Assembly (NCBI GenBank): GCA_964422935.1
Contig: CAYRDE010000001.1
Span: 1,166-65,165, forward strand
Reading direction: 5' to 3'
DNA: 64,000 nt
Source: an uncultured Oscillospiraceae bacterium
GTDB taxonomy: Bacteria; Bacillota; Clostridia; Oscillospirales; Oscillospiraceae
The translations under genes and the position numbers were made by a program. Positions within the stretch are counted from its first letter, which is position 1, and the number at the start of each line of letters is the position of its first letter. Under the pieces are notes generated by a model, which did no database searches, was not told where the DNA came from, and was given only the letters and a program-made list of their open reading frames with translations. This document shows positions 8,429 to 18,050 of the stretch, piece by piece.

Positions 8429-9254
8429 ATTGCACCAGGGTTTGCGGGAGCACCGCAAGACATATTCCTGTGCGGAAGCGCTGAACATCAGCCGTGTGAC
8501 CATGGTCGGCACTTTGGCCTGTCTTTGGCTCTGGGCTTTGGATAACACCCCGGATGGGCGTTTGGAGGGAATATCAAACCGCACCATTGCCATGGTTTGT
8601 GACTGGCCCGAAAAGAAAGCAGACAAGCTGATTGACGCCCTTCTCTCTTGCGGATGGCTGGAAAAGGATGGGGACATCCTGCGGATTCACGACTGGACGG
8701 AATACGCCGGGAAGCTGATGGAGCGAAGAGCGAAGGACAAGGAAAGAAAAAAGACATCCCGTTCCAATCCTCCGGATGTCCGAAAGCCGTCAGCAGGATG
8801 TCCGCAGGACGTCCCTGGAAATTCCTGTGCTACCGTACCTAAACCGTACCCTACCGTACAGAACCTTAATGACAGGGAGAATAAACCTGAGAGTGTATAT
8901 CCGTCGGCAGGGAAAGCCCCCGTGAAAGAAGGACCTGCTTTTACCGCCTTTTGGGCGAGCTACCCAAACAAGGTAGATCGGGAGGACGCCTGGGAAGAGT
9001 GGCGGAAGCTAAATCCGGATGCGGAAACGGTGAAGGCAATTATGGCGGGGCTGGAGGGCTGGAAGAAGTCCAGGAAGTGGCTGGATGATAACGGGGAATT
9101 TGTCCCGGCAGCAGCCAAATGGCTGAACAAGAAGCGGTGGACATTTGTGCCGCAACCGGCGGAGACCGGGAAAAAGGATGTGCCCCTGGGAGCCTCCGGG
9201 GTTTTGGGTCCTGCGGAGCTGGAGGCGATTCAGCGGGTGCTGAGGGAGGGGTGA
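8415..9254 (+). CDS. Phage replication initiator
   Basis: MAWI...LWLWA N-terminal wHTH, IHDW..Y, C-terminal FWxxYPxK...WLN domain. Confidence 0.8.
   Translation: MAWIELHQGLREHRKTYSCAEALNISRVTMVGTLACLWLWALDNTPDGRLEGISNRTIAMVCDWPEKKADKLIDALLSCGWLEKDGDILRIHDWTEYAGKLMERRAKDKERKKTSRSNPPDVRKPSAGCPQDVPGNSCATVPKPYPTVQNLNDRENKPESVYPSAGKAPVKEGPAFTAFWASYPNKVDREDAWEEWRKLNPDAETVKAIMAGLEGWKKSRKWLDDNGEFVPAAAKWLNKKRWTFVPQPAETGKKDVPLGASGVLGPAELEAIQRVLREG
8770..8860 (+). repeat. Probable phage origin iterons within the initiator gene
   Basis: GGAYGTCC x3 followed by ACCGTAC x3. Confidence 0.6.
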
Positions 9255-9258
9255 CAGA

Positions 9259-9633
9259 ATGGCAAGACGAACCATCTATGAAGGGCTTACAAGAAGCGAA
9301 ATTGCCATGCTGTGGGGCATATGGCGGCACCATGTGTCCAAATACTGCCTTGTATGGGAGGAAGTGAAAGACTTCACCCTGTGGGCAGAGCGGCACGGGT
9401 ACATAGGCGGTGCGAAGCTGCGGCGGTGCAATGAGAGCGCACCCTATAGCCCGGATAATTGCTACTGGAATATTGTCCCGGAGTGCTTCCCAAAGGGACA
9501 CCCGTGCAGGGAGTGCGAGAGAAGGCAGGAATGTTCAAATCCTTGCCCGGAGAGGCTGAGGTACTGGGACGAGACTGTGGAGCGGACCCGGGCGGAGATT
9601 GGTGGGCGCTCAGAGATTGGGGTGACGGAATGA
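9259..9633 (+). CDS. Hypothetical phage protein
   Basis: SD; PYSPDNCYW resembles a degenerate HNH-associated motif. Confidence 0.65.
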   Translation: MARRTIYEGLTRSEIAMLWGIWRHHVSKYCLVWEEVKDFTLWAERHGYIGGAKLRRCNESAPYSPDNCYWNIVPECFPKGHPCRECERRQECSNPCPERLRYWDETVERTRAEIGGRSEIGVTE

Positions 9634-10523
9634 AAATTGGCCTGATTGATGTAGACGGTCACAATTACCCAAACCTTGCGCTTATGAAAATCTCTGCTTG
9701 GCACAAGGCCCATGGGGACAGCGTGGAATGGTGGTGGGGATTCGGGCAGTATGACCGGGTGTACATGAGCAAGGTATTTGACGATACATACACACCGGAC
9801 ATACCTGAACCTCTGAACGCCTCAGAGATAATCAAAGGCGGGACGGGATATGGCCTGGACAATCGGCTGACCGACGAAATTGAGCATATGTACCCGGACT
9901 ACAGCCTGTACCCGGATCTGACGCAGGACACAGCCTACGGGTTCCTGACAAGGGGGTGTCCCAATTCCTGCCCGTTCTGTATCGTCTCCGGGAAGGAAGG
10001 GCGGTGCAGCCGGAAGGTAGCAGATTTGTCCGAGTGGTGGAGCGGTCAAAAAAACATCGTTCTCATGGACCCCAATTTACTTGCCAGCCCGGATCACATG
10101 GAGCTTCTTGACCAGCTTGCGGATTCCGGCGCCTGGGTGGATATCAACCAGGGCATTGACGCAAGGCTGCTCACTCCGGAAAACATCGAGGCAATTAAGC
10201 GGCTGAAAATCGCAGATATCCACTTCGCTTGGGATTTGATGAAAAACTCCAAGCGGGTTGTTCGGGGGCTGAATCTGTGGAAGCGATTCGGGAAGAAGAC
10301 CAGGCACGGAAGATGGGGGACCGTCTATGTGCTTGCGAATTTCAACACGACTATGGCGGAAAACCTGTACCGGGTTTATATGCTTCGGGACATGGGGTTT
10401 GATCCCTATGTCATGGTATACAACAAGCCAAATGCGCCGGAGGAAATCCGGAGGCTGCAACGCTGGTGCAATAACAAGATAATTTTCGGATCGTGTAAAC
10501 GGTTTGAGGACTACAAAGGGTGA
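9630..10523 (+). CDS. Radical SAM superfamily protein
   Basis: [11 protein letters not shown] (CxxxCxxC); N-terminal [17 protein letters not shown]. Confidence 0.85.
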   Translation: MKIGLIDVDGHNYPNLALMKISAWHKAHGDSVEWWWGFGQYDRVYMSKVFDDTYTPDIPEPLNASEIIKGGTGYGLDNRLTDEIEHMYPDYSLYPDLTQDTAYGFLTRGCPNSCPFCIVSGKEGRCSRKVADLSEWWSGQKNIVLMDPNLLASPDHMELLDQLADSGAWVDINQGIDARLLTPENIEAIKRLKIADIHFAWDLMKNSKRVVRGLNLWKRFGKKTRHGRWGTVYVLANFNTTMAENLYRVYMLRDMGFDPYVMVYNKPNAPEEIRRLQRWCNNKIIFGSCKRFEDYKG

Positions 10524-10528
10524 GGGTT

Positions 10529-10921
10529 ATGAGCGGATTAACACACCTATCCCTGTTCTCTGGAATCGGCGGTCTTGATCTGACCGCGGAGTGGGCGGGC
10601 TTCCGAACCGTGGGACAATGCGAATGGGCGGACTACCCCAGGGCGGTGCTGGAAAAGCACTGGCCGGGGCTGCCCCGGTGGAGAGATATCCGCACACTGA
10701 CAGGAGAGAGTTTTTATGAGCAAACAGGACTGCGAACAGTTAACGTTATTTCAGGGGGATTTCCCTGCCAACCGCACAGCCTCGCAGGAAAGCGCAGGGG
10801 TGGACGGACGTATAAAACATGTGGCTCAAATGACGGCCCTCGGAAACGCCGTCGTGCCACAGCAGTTCTACCCAATCTTCAGGGCAATAGCAGAAGTGGA
10901 GGAAATGTATGGATAGATTAA
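10529..10921 (+). pseudogene. dcm: Internally deleted C5-cytosine DNA methyltransferase
   Basis: Motif I (LFSGIGG) and IV (GGFPCQ) present, VI-VIII absent; motif X (LGNAVVP) in the overlapping frame 10716-10916. Confidence 0.75.
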
Positions 10922-11133
10922 CGTTTGAAGGAGATTTTTGCACGATCGCCATGTGCCAGGAGAACCCGTGTCCCTATGACAATAGCTGCACTCAGCGGGA
11001 GGTGTGGGATAGGCTGAAAGCCTATGAGGACACCGGCCTGGAACCGGAAGAAATCGAAAAGGCTATGGCAATCTCGGCCCTCCGGGAGCAGGAGGAACGG
11101 CGGTGGATTCCGGTGAAGGAGGATGCAAAATGA
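10909..11133 (+). CDS. Hypothetical phage protein
   Basis: [15 protein letters not shown], a common phage motif; GGAGG SD. Confidence 0.7.
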   Translation: MDRLTFEGDFCTIAMCQENPCPYDNSCTQREVWDRLKAYEDTGLEPEEIEKAMAISALREQEERRWIPVKEDAK

Positions 11134-11372
11134 AAGGCAATTGCGGAGAATGTGACCGCAGATGGACCTGTGATATTGACCCATGCAAGTGTGACGAATG
11201 GCCTGATCCTGCGCCTATGACCAACGCCGACCGTATCCGGACTATGACGGACGAGGAACTGGTGAATGTAGTTCCGTGCCCTTTGGGATTTTCGATGTTT
11301 CGCTGTCCGATAGACAGGAAATGTGGAGATTGTAAGCGTGAATGGCTGAAACAGCCAGCGGAAGGAGAATGA
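11130..11372 (+). CDS. Small Cys-rich phage protein
   Basis: MTNADRIRTMTDEEL...WLKQP motif; ATGA coupling. Confidence 0.7.
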   Translation: MKGNCGECDRRWTCDIDPCKCDEWPDPAPMTNADRIRTMTDEELVNVVPCPLGFSMFRCPIDRKCGDCKREWLKQPAEGE

Positions 11373-11836
11373 CAATGCCTAGAAACGCGGATGCTCGCAA
11401 AGGAAGAATAAACATGAAAGGTTCAACGAAATTTGACCAGCTTTGCCACAGCGTGTTTTCTGCGAACGGAAACGGCACGAATTATCTCAGCCGTGGAACA
11501 GGCGTGAAATGCGGCAACTGTGGACATGAGTTGGAGGCTTACTACTGCGAGGAACGGCTTTATCTGGTAGAATGCAGCTGCTGCAAAACAAAGGCTCTGG
11601 TAATGGCAGGAAGCCCGGCAGACGCTGCCTACAAGACATTCGGCAACGAGGTTATTCCGCTTGACGAAATGGGAGAGGACTGCGCAGTATTCTTTTCCCA
11701 TACGCCGATTGACGAACCGCCATACTATGTCGGGTCGGTTAGTGACGTAAATTTCCCGGAGGACGATGTAGTCTGCGGAATGTATCTGCCCTGCCCAGGG
11801 ACAGATGGAAGGAAGATTTTAGAGCATAGCACATAA
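11369..11836 (+). CDS. Hypothetical Zn-binding phage protein
   Basis: CxxC pairs; coupled start. Confidence 0.6.
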   Translation: MTMPRNADARKGRINMKGSTKFDQLCHSVFSANGNGTNYLSRGTGVKCGNCGHELEAYYCEERLYLVECSCCKTKALVMAGSPADAAYKTFGNEVIPLDEMGEDCAVFFSHTPIDEPPYYVGSVSDVNFPEDDVVCGMYLPCPGTDGRKILEHST

Positions 11837-11853
11837 CAGATGGAGGGAAAACG

Positions 11854-12165
11854 ATGGCTGAGTACATAGAGCGGGAAGAAATCTATAGGCGCTGGAAGGA
11901 GATTCCGCCAGAAGAAAGCCTGGAAGGATTGGCAGTAGGAATATTACATATGGCGTTAGCTGTAGTTCAGACACCCGCCGCCGATGTTGCGCCGGTGGTG
12001 CATGGGCGGTGGGATCCTTCCGGTAGGTACAAATTTTCCGATGGCTCTATTGCCGTGCGCTGTACAAAATGCGGGTGCGCGCTGCGAGAAAAAGAGTATA
12101 TGGAAAATGTGTGGAATTATTGCCCCGTGTGTGGGGCAAAGATGGATTTGGAGGAAAAACTATGA
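11854..12165 (+). CDS. Hypothetical phage protein with zinc ribbon
   Basis: MAEYIERE...PAADVAPVVHGRW...YCPVCGAKMD family pattern. Confidence 0.8.
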   Translation: MAEYIEREEIYRRWKEIPPEESLEGLAVGILHMALAVVQTPAADVAPVVHGRWDPSGRYKFSDGSIAVRCTKCGCALREKEYMENVWNYCPVCGAKMDLEEKL

Positions 12166-12494
12166 AAGTGTTTGCAATCATGGATGGGGATATGTTTTTC
12201 CAAAGGCTTGATCCAAACGAAAAATATGCACCGTCAGGGCGGGCAATACAGACCAGCCTTCACAGCTACAGCGAGTATACACCGGTTTTTGTGCATGATC
12301 CGAAATGGTTTGACAGCCGAACAGTAACAAGCTATTTGTCTGGACTAATTGAGCATTTGCGGTGGGAAGGCGATATATACCATGCATATGCGCTTATTTG
12401 CAAGGAGGTGTGGCGATGGAAAAAGCAAGAATGCTTGGCTACCAGAAAACCGGCGCCACGAACGCTAAGGCAGCCCCGCCTTTTTGGGCGGTGA
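12162..12494 (+). CDS. Hypothetical protein
   Basis: GGAGG SD, ATGA coupling. Confidence 0.5.
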   Translation: MKVFAIMDGDMFFQRLDPNEKYAPSGRAIQTSLHSYSEYTPVFVHDPKWFDSRTVTSYLSGLIEHLRWEGDIYHAYALICKEVWRWKKQECLATRKPAPRTLRQPRLFGR

Positions 12495-12616
12495 AGCGGG
12501 GCAATGAGCAGCTGGCACATGGTCCCTGGGAGACCTTCCCGGGGGCTGGGATTCGGAAGACGCTCAGGCGGGATGGATATAGGCTGACCGTGGAGGGGAA
12601 GGCCTGGAAGGAGTGA
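12416..12616 (+). CDS. Hypothetical protein
   Basis: AAGGAGGT SD. Confidence 0.55.
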   Translation: MEKARMLGYQKTGATNAKAAPPFWAVKRGNEQLAHGPWETFPGAGIRKTLRRDGYRLTVEGKAWKE

Positions 12617-12620
12617 GAAT

Positions 12621-13214
12621 GTGAAAAAGCTTGACAGCACTACATTGACCTCCATCGCCGCTGAGAAGGCCGGCATGAGCTACGGGAACTATGTGGCGAA
12701 GTTCGGCGTTGTACAGCCTCAGGAGGCGGTGGAGACCAGCGACGATGGAACAAAAATTTGCCCGGTGTGCGGGAAGTCCTTCGTTGGAAGACGCTGGAAT
12801 GCGGTGTACTGCTCTGCGGAGTGCCAGATCAAACGGGGCTCTAAAGACTACATGAAGAAATATCGGGAGCAGCGGCGGGAAAAGCTGAAAGCCATGGACC
12901 GGGTATGCGTGGTTTGCGGAAAGCCAATCCCGGAGGGAAGGAATCTGAAAGCAAAGACCTGCTGCGACGATTGTTCCGTGGAGCTGGAAAAGCAGACGAA
13001 GCGGCAGAAGGACGCACAGTACAGGGAAAAGAAAAAGACCGTGAAGACCTATGAACGGACGTGCCCGGTTTGCGGAGAACAGTTTACAACCACGGTACAT
13101 AATCAGAAATATTGCTGCCAGGAATGCTATGCGGTTGTAAACGCGGTGAAGAACCGGGAAAGAAAGAGGAGGAAAAAGGAATGCTTAACAACATCACCAT
13201 TATGGGCCGACTGA
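12621..13214 (+). CDS. Protein with three CxxCG...YCS/CC zinc-binding repeats
   Basis: Repeated CPVCGKxF...YCSxEC units. Confidence 0.75.
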   Translation: MKKLDSTTLTSIAAEKAGMSYGNYVAKFGVVQPQEAVETSDDGTKICPVCGKSFVGRRWNAVYCSAECQIKRGSKDYMKKYREQRREKLKAMDRVCVVCGKPIPEGRNLKAKTCCDDCSVELEKQTKRQKDAQYREKKKTVKTYERTCPVCGEQFTTTVHNQKYCCQECYAVVNAVKNRERKRRKKECLTTSPLWAD

Positions 13215-13618
13215 CCAGGGACCCGGAGTACAGAACTGTGGGCAATGGAACTAGCCTTGTGAACTTTCGGGTTGCCGTGGACCGGGATTTCGGTCCAAAG
13301 GACGGAGGAGAGAAAAAGGCTGACTTCATCGACTGCGTGGCATGGAGGAAGACGGCGGAATTTATCACCAAGCATTTTACCAAGGGGCAGATGATTGTGG
13401 TGACCGGTCGGCTGGAAATGGAAGACTATACGGACAAGGAGGGGAACAAGCGGACATCGGTGAAGATCAATGTGGCACAGTGCTATTTCGGGGATAGCAA
13501 ATCTGGCGGCAGGGAGAGCACGGCTGGGGCATATCCGGAGCCGGGGGGCCGGGGCGTGATGGTCCCCGACGGCGATTTCCCGATGTTGGAGGGAGACGAT
13601 GGACAGCTGCCATTCTAA
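13181..13618 (+). CDS. ssb: Single-stranded DNA-binding protein
   Basis: MLNNITIMGRLTRDPE...ADFIDCVAWRKTAEF, acidic tail ending LPF. Confidence 0.95.
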   Translation: MLNNITIMGRLTRDPEYRTVGNGTSLVNFRVAVDRDFGPKDGGEKKADFIDCVAWRKTAEFITKHFTKGQMIVVTGRLEMEDYTDKEGNKRTSVKINVAQCYFGDSKSGGRESTAGAYPEPGGRGVMVPDGDFPMLEGDDGQLPF

Positions 13619-13799
13619 GCATCCCTGTGATGGCTGCATCTATTTCTTTGGGCACAGTGAAGGGCCAATGTGCTGCAACTACATCTTCCTGCGGAACAAA
13701 AGAAGGCCATGCCCACCCGGGAAGGAATGCACCGTGAAGGTGCGAAGGAAGGACATCAAACGGCGTGGACGGAGAGATAAGCACGTTAAGGCTGAGTAA
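13599..13799 (+). CDS. Small Cys-rich phage protein
   Basis: CDGCIY...CNYI...RPCPPGKEC. Confidence 0.6.
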   Translation: MDSCHSKHPCDGCIYFFGHSEGPMCCNYIFLRNKRRPCPPGKECTVKVRRKDIKRRGRRDKHVKAE

Positions 13800-13818
13800 A
13801 AAATTTTAAAATTCCTTC

Positions 13819-13861
13819 TTGACTTACGCCTAGACATATGTTAAATTATGACTAGGCGTAA
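13819..13861 (+). promoter_or_regulatory. Promoter with inverted-repeat operator
   Basis: TTGACT -35; TTACGCCTAG (13824-13833) / CTAGGCGTAA (13852-13861). Confidence 0.65.
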
Positions 13862-13876
13862 ATGGGAGGTGATATA

Positions 13877-14059
13877 ATGTCGCCTAGAACAGGCCGCCCA
13901 ATCGCTGGGGCAGAACCGAAGAACAAGCAAATTGCACTGAGGGCAACCGAAACAACGGTCAATAAATTCCAAGAATGCGCAGACATGACAGGGAAGACAA
14001 AGACCGATTTGCTTGAAGAAATGGTTGAAAAACTGCACAGAGAGTTAAAGGCCAAATAA
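13877..14059 (+). CDS. Ribbon-helix-helix (Arc/CopG-like) regulator
   Basis: MSPRTGRP...KNKQIALR...KTDLLEEMV. Confidence 0.75.
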   Translation: MSPRTGRPIAGAEPKNKQIALRATETTVNKFQECADMTGKTKTDLLEEMVEKLHRELKAK

Positions 14060-14173
14060 AATAACGATGCCGCTTCTCCCTGAACAAGAATAGCGACACC
14101 GTTATCACTCACCACCCGAAGGAGGCTAAATCCATTATAGCCTCCCTCTTGGTGAAAATCAAGGAGGAAATTT

Positions 14174-14401
14174 ATGTTAAACCCTGAAATTCTATGCAGC
14201 CCCGTAGAGGCATACAAACTTCGAAGAAAAATAACAACCGCGTTGGAGCTGAATTACGCAATGAGAGTCATGGAGTATTATAACTGCCCTATAGACAACT
14301 CGGCGTATACCTGGAATCTAGTCTGTATGATCGCCGACGTATTCAACGCCGGCCGGATCAGCGGCATCCGCCAGGAGCGGAAAAGAAGAAAACACAATTA
14401 A
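14174..14401 (+). CDS. Hypothetical protein
   Basis: AAGGAGG SD; FNAGRISGIRQER motif. Confidence 0.7.
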   Translation: MLNPEILCSPVEAYKLRRKITTALELNYAMRVMEYYNCPIDNSAYTWNLVCMIADVFNAGRISGIRQERKRRKHN

Positions 14402-14422
14402 CATAATTAGGAGGCTATAAAA

Positions 14423-15184
14423 ATGAACGAAATTATGATTTTTAACAACCCTGAGTTTGGCGCAGTTCGGACGATTGAAGAAAATGGGCAGGTGCTTTTC
14501 TGTGGTGTTGACGTTGCAAGGGCTTTAGGATATGCAAAGCCTCAGAACGCTATTGCTTCCCATTGTAAAGGTGCCCTGAAACGGGGAGGGGTCTCCAAGA
14601 CCACAAACCAGTACGGTGTGACAACGGAACAGACCGTTGAAATGTCCTTCATCCCGGAATCTGACCTTTACCGCCTGGTATTCAGCTCTAAGCTTCCAAC
14701 GGCTGAGAAGTTTACCGACTGGGTAACCCAGGAGGTTCTTCCTTCGATCCGCAGAAACGGCGGCTATATCTCCGGCCAGAACGATATGACCCCGGAGGAG
14801 CTGATGGCAAAAGCTTTGATGGTAGCACAGAAGACAATTGAGAATCAGAAGATCCGGCTTTCCAACCTGGCGGTGCAGAACGAGATCATGGCTCCGAAGG
14901 CGGACTACTTCGACGATCTGGTGGAGCGGAACACCCTGACCAACTTCCGGGAGACGGCGAAGGAGCTTGGCATCCCGCCGAAGAAGTTTGTTGCGTTCCT
15001 GCTGGAGAAGAAATTCATCTATCGGGACAAGAAGGGAAAGCTGCTTCCGTTTGAAAATAAGAACGACGGTCTATTTGAAGTGAAGGAATCCTTCAACGAG
15101 AAGACCCAGTGGAGCGGCACTCAGACCCTGGTTACGCCAAAGGGCAGGGAAACTTTCCGGTTGCTGTTTGTCGGGGCTGCCTGA
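14423..15184 (+). CDS. Phage antirepressor (BRO-N + KilA-C/ANT)
   Basis: FNNPEFGAVR...IPESDLYRL...WVTQEVLPSIR; PKADYFD...VTPKGR. Confidence 0.9.
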   Translation: MNEIMIFNNPEFGAVRTIEENGQVLFCGVDVARALGYAKPQNAIASHCKGALKRGGVSKTTNQYGVTTEQTVEMSFIPESDLYRLVFSSKLPTAEKFTDWVTQEVLPSIRRNGGYISGQNDMTPEELMAKALMVAQKTIENQKIRLSNLAVQNEIMAPKADYFDDLVERNTLTNFRETAKELGIPPKKFVAFLLEKKFIYRDKKGKLLPFENKNDGLFEVKESFNEKTQWSGTQTLVTPKGRETFRLLFVGAA

Positions 15185-15247
15185 TTTTATACAACGCTAT
15201 AGCATTTCCCGGGAAACTATGATACAATAGACCTACAATAGAGCTTT

Positions 15248-15287
15248 GAGCCGAAGATTCCAAACAAAGGAGTCTTCGGCTTTTTTT
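15248..15287 (+). terminator. Terminator/attenuator ahead of late operon 1
   Basis: 14-bp stem GAGCCGAAGATTCC/GGAGTCTTCGGCTT plus T-run. Confidence 0.75.
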
Positions 15288-15302
15288 CGTAAGGAGGAAA
15301 CC

Positions 15303-15734
15303 ATGGAACTGATTGCCCATTATGTAATACCCCTGGACCCAAGGACAAAGAAGAACTCCCACCGGATCGCCGGGAAGGGGCGGCGGTGCCCGGTCTGCGG
15401 GAAGTTCGAAAAGCAGTTTATCCGAAACGGGGACGCAACGGCGGATTACGCCATTTTCGCGGCGGCCTACCTGAGGCCCCGGCCTCCGGTGCCGATTTCG
15501 GAGCCGGTGCGTCTGGTGTATCGGCTGTATACCGGAACCTGGCATCGGAAGGACGATTTAAACCTCTACGAAATGCTAGACGACATTCTGGTGAAGGAAG
15601 GGGTCCTAAAGGACGATGACAGGAAGATTGTAAGAAGCCGGGACGGGAGCCGGGTGCTTTACGACAAGGAGCGGCCCCGGTCGGAAATCTACATCTACAA
15701 ATACAGAGAGGAGGAAGACAATGGCATCGGGTGA
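15303..15734 (+). CDS. RusA-like Holliday junction resolvase
   Basis: PRTKKNS; KDDLNL...LDDILV...LKDDD catalytic Asp pattern; PRSEIYI. Confidence 0.75.
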   Translation: MELIAHYVIPLDPRTKKNSHRIAGKGRRCPVCGKFEKQFIRNGDATADYAIFAAAYLRPRPPVPISEPVRLVYRLYTGTWHRKDDLNLYEMLDDILVKEGVLKDDDRKIVRSRDGSRVLYDKERPRSEIYIYKYREEEDNGIG

Positions 15735-17598
15735 AAAAATGTTCACGGTGGACAAGTTCCTGGGCATCAACCAGGAGGCGGACGGCAGGACGGAGCTTGC
15801 CATGGGGGAGGCTTCCGAAATGCTGAACTTTGAGATTACCGACGGCTTCAACCTGAAAACCCGGAAATCCATCCTGCGGGTGAAGCTTTCGGAGGATGGG
15901 GAGCCGGACAACATTCTGGCAAGCTGGGCGGGGTTCATCAGCGCGGATTCCGAGCATGAGTTTCTTGTGGTGGTGGACTTCCACAATGGGCAGGACCGGA
16001 TTTTCTGGCACTACAAAAGCGCCGGTGGTGGCAGCGTGGAGCAGGATATTCAGGTTGGCGCGCTGGGGCTGACCAGTGCCACCGACCATTATGTGAAAAT
16101 CTTTGCCTTCAACGGAAGGCTGTGGATTACCAGCCGGGCCAATACGGTGTGCTATGAGGCCGGGGAATTCAAGGTACAAACGCCCTACATACCAAAGGTG
16201 ATTGCAGGCGCTGCGCCCTCCGGCGGCGGAACAGAGCAGGAAAACATCAACCTGCTTACGGAGAAACGGCGGATCGACTATTCCGCCGACGGGGAGGCGA
16301 CTGCCTACCGGCTGCCGGATGAGGCGGTCAGCGTTCACAAGATCACGGTGGACGGGACGGAGGTTTCGGTCACCGGGTCCGGGAGCTGGGATGCCTCAAC
16401 AAAGGTGTACACCTTTACCACGGCCCCGGTTAAGGGCGTGGGAAACGTGGAATTCACCTATTCCGGCTACATGGCGGACAGTGAGAAAAGCCGGCTGGAA
16501 ATCCTGTCCATGCCCCTTGTGGAGGCCTTCAACGGGGCCACGGATACCCGCCTATTCTACGGCGGCAAGGGGAATATCTGCTATTACACCGGGGTCACAG
16601 AGGCGGGAGAGGCGACGCCACTGTATGTACCCGCTATGAACTATGTGAACGTGGACATGACGGGCGCAGGGGTGACAGGGCTGGTACGGCACTATTCCAG
16701 GCTACTGGTATTTACCCGGGACGGAACCTATGCCCTGTCCTACGAGCCGGTGACCCTGCCTGGGGGCAACGTGACGGCAGGCTTCTACCTCCGGGCCGTC
16801 AACAAGGAATTCGGCAGCGACATTCTGGGTCAGATTCAGACCGTGGACAACTACCCCAGAACCATCACGGATGACGGGGTGTACGAATGGCGGATCACGG
16901 ACAGCTACAACGACGAGCGGTACGCAAAGCGGGTCTCCGGACGGGTGAAGACCTACCTGGACAGCGCGGACATTCAGAAAATTGTGACCTGTGACGACTC
17001 CCTGAGCAAGACCTATTATGTTTTCCTGAACGACGAGCTGGGGACGGTGCTGGTCAACCGGTACGGCATCGGAAAGGAGAATATCTGGTGCGTCTACCGG
17101 TCGGCGCTGGCGGAGGGCGTGAAGCAGGCCTTCCTCTTCGATGGGGTGGTTCACTTCACCACGGGAAAAGAAGTATTCTCCTTCAGCGGAACGGGAAGCT
17201 TTGACGCTCCCGTGGAAACCGGTGGGGAGCCGGTTCCCATAGAGTGTGTATGGAAGTCCGGGTTCATGGCCTTTGGGGCGGACTTCAAGCGGAAGTTCAG
17301 CAGCGAGATTTACATGTCTGTGCTCCAGGAGGGAAACGTGGGGCTGGACGTTACGGCGGAATCGGACAAGCGGAGTGAGTACGCCACAAAAGGAATGAAC
17401 TACAACATTTTCAGCTTTGAGAATATGGACTTCTCAAACTTCACCTTTGAGACCATGCTGGCCCCGAAGATTAAGCGTATCCGGATCAAGGTGAAGAAGT
17501 TCGTATATTACCGCCTGATTCTGCGGACCCAGCCGGGGAAACGGGCCACGGTGCTGGGGTATGACCAGAAGGTCCGGTATGGAAGTATGGCAAAGTAA
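15721..17598 (+). CDS. Virion tail/stabilisation protein (P22 gp10/T7 gp12-like)
   Basis: 625 aa, beta-rich, FLGIN start, position before ejection proteins. Confidence 0.6.
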   Translation: MASGEKMFTVDKFLGINQEADGRTELAMGEASEMLNFEITDGFNLKTRKSILRVKLSEDGEPDNILASWAGFISADSEHEFLVVVDFHNGQDRIFWHYKSAGGGSVEQDIQVGALGLTSATDHYVKIFAFNGRLWITSRANTVCYEAGEFKVQTPYIPKVIAGAAPSGGGTEQENINLLTEKRRIDYSADGEATAYRLPDEAVSVHKITVDGTEVSVTGSGSWDASTKVYTFTTAPVKGVGNVEFTYSGYMADSEKSRLEILSMPLVEAFNGATDTRLFYGGKGNICYYTGVTEAGEATPLYVPAMNYVNVDMTGAGVTGLVRHYSRLLVFTRDGTYALSYEPVTLPGGNVTAGFYLRAVNKEFGSDILGQIQTVDNYPRTITDDGVYEWRITDSYNDERYAKRVSGRVKTYLDSADIQKIVTCDDSLSKTYYVFLNDELGTVLVNRYGIGKENIWCVYRSALAEGVKQAFLFDGVVHFTTGKEVFSFSGTGSFDAPVETGGEPVPIECVWKSGFMAFGADFKRKFSSEIYMSVLQEGNVGLDVTAESDKRSEYATKGMNYNIFSFENMDFSNFTFETMLAPKIKRIRIKVKKFVYYRLILRTQPGKRATVLGYDQKVRYGSMAK

Positions 17599-17609
17599 GG
17601 AGGAAGAAT

Positions 17610-18038
17610 ATGGTAGACGTACAGAAGATTTTTGACATGGCAATGGATTTGATGGACGAGGCGGACGAGAATACCGGCTCCACAGACACCATGGACACCA
17701 AGGAATACAAGATTCGGACCATCTCCATCTTGAATTCCGGTATCCAGATCATTTACCCCTATTCCAGCAATTTTGAAAGGATCGGGAAAAGCCGCCCGGT
17801 GGCAGAAGTGCTGCTCCAGGAGGACCGGGGGGCCCCGGACTTTACCCAGGCAATTGGGATTGACGACGCCCTGAGCCTGGCCCTGCTGCCCTTCTATTTG
17901 GCCTCTCTCCTGCGGGCGGGGGAGGACGCGGAATTCTCTGCCCGGATGATGAACGAATTCAACCGGGCCTTCTACGAAATCCGGGCCAACATGCCAGGGG
18001 AGTTTGAACAGATTATTCCGGCCTACGGGCTGTATTAA
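17610..18038 (+). CDS. Putative head-tail adaptor
   Basis: Helical 142-aa protein within the structural operon. Confidence 0.5.
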   Translation: MVDVQKIFDMAMDLMDEADENTGSTDTMDTKEYKIRTISILNSGIQIIYPYSSNFERIGKSRPVAEVLLQEDRGAPDFTQAIGIDDALSLALLPFYLASLLRAGEDAEFSARMMNEFNRAFYEIRANMPGEFEQIIPAYGLY

Positions 18039-18050
18039 GGAGGGGGAACC

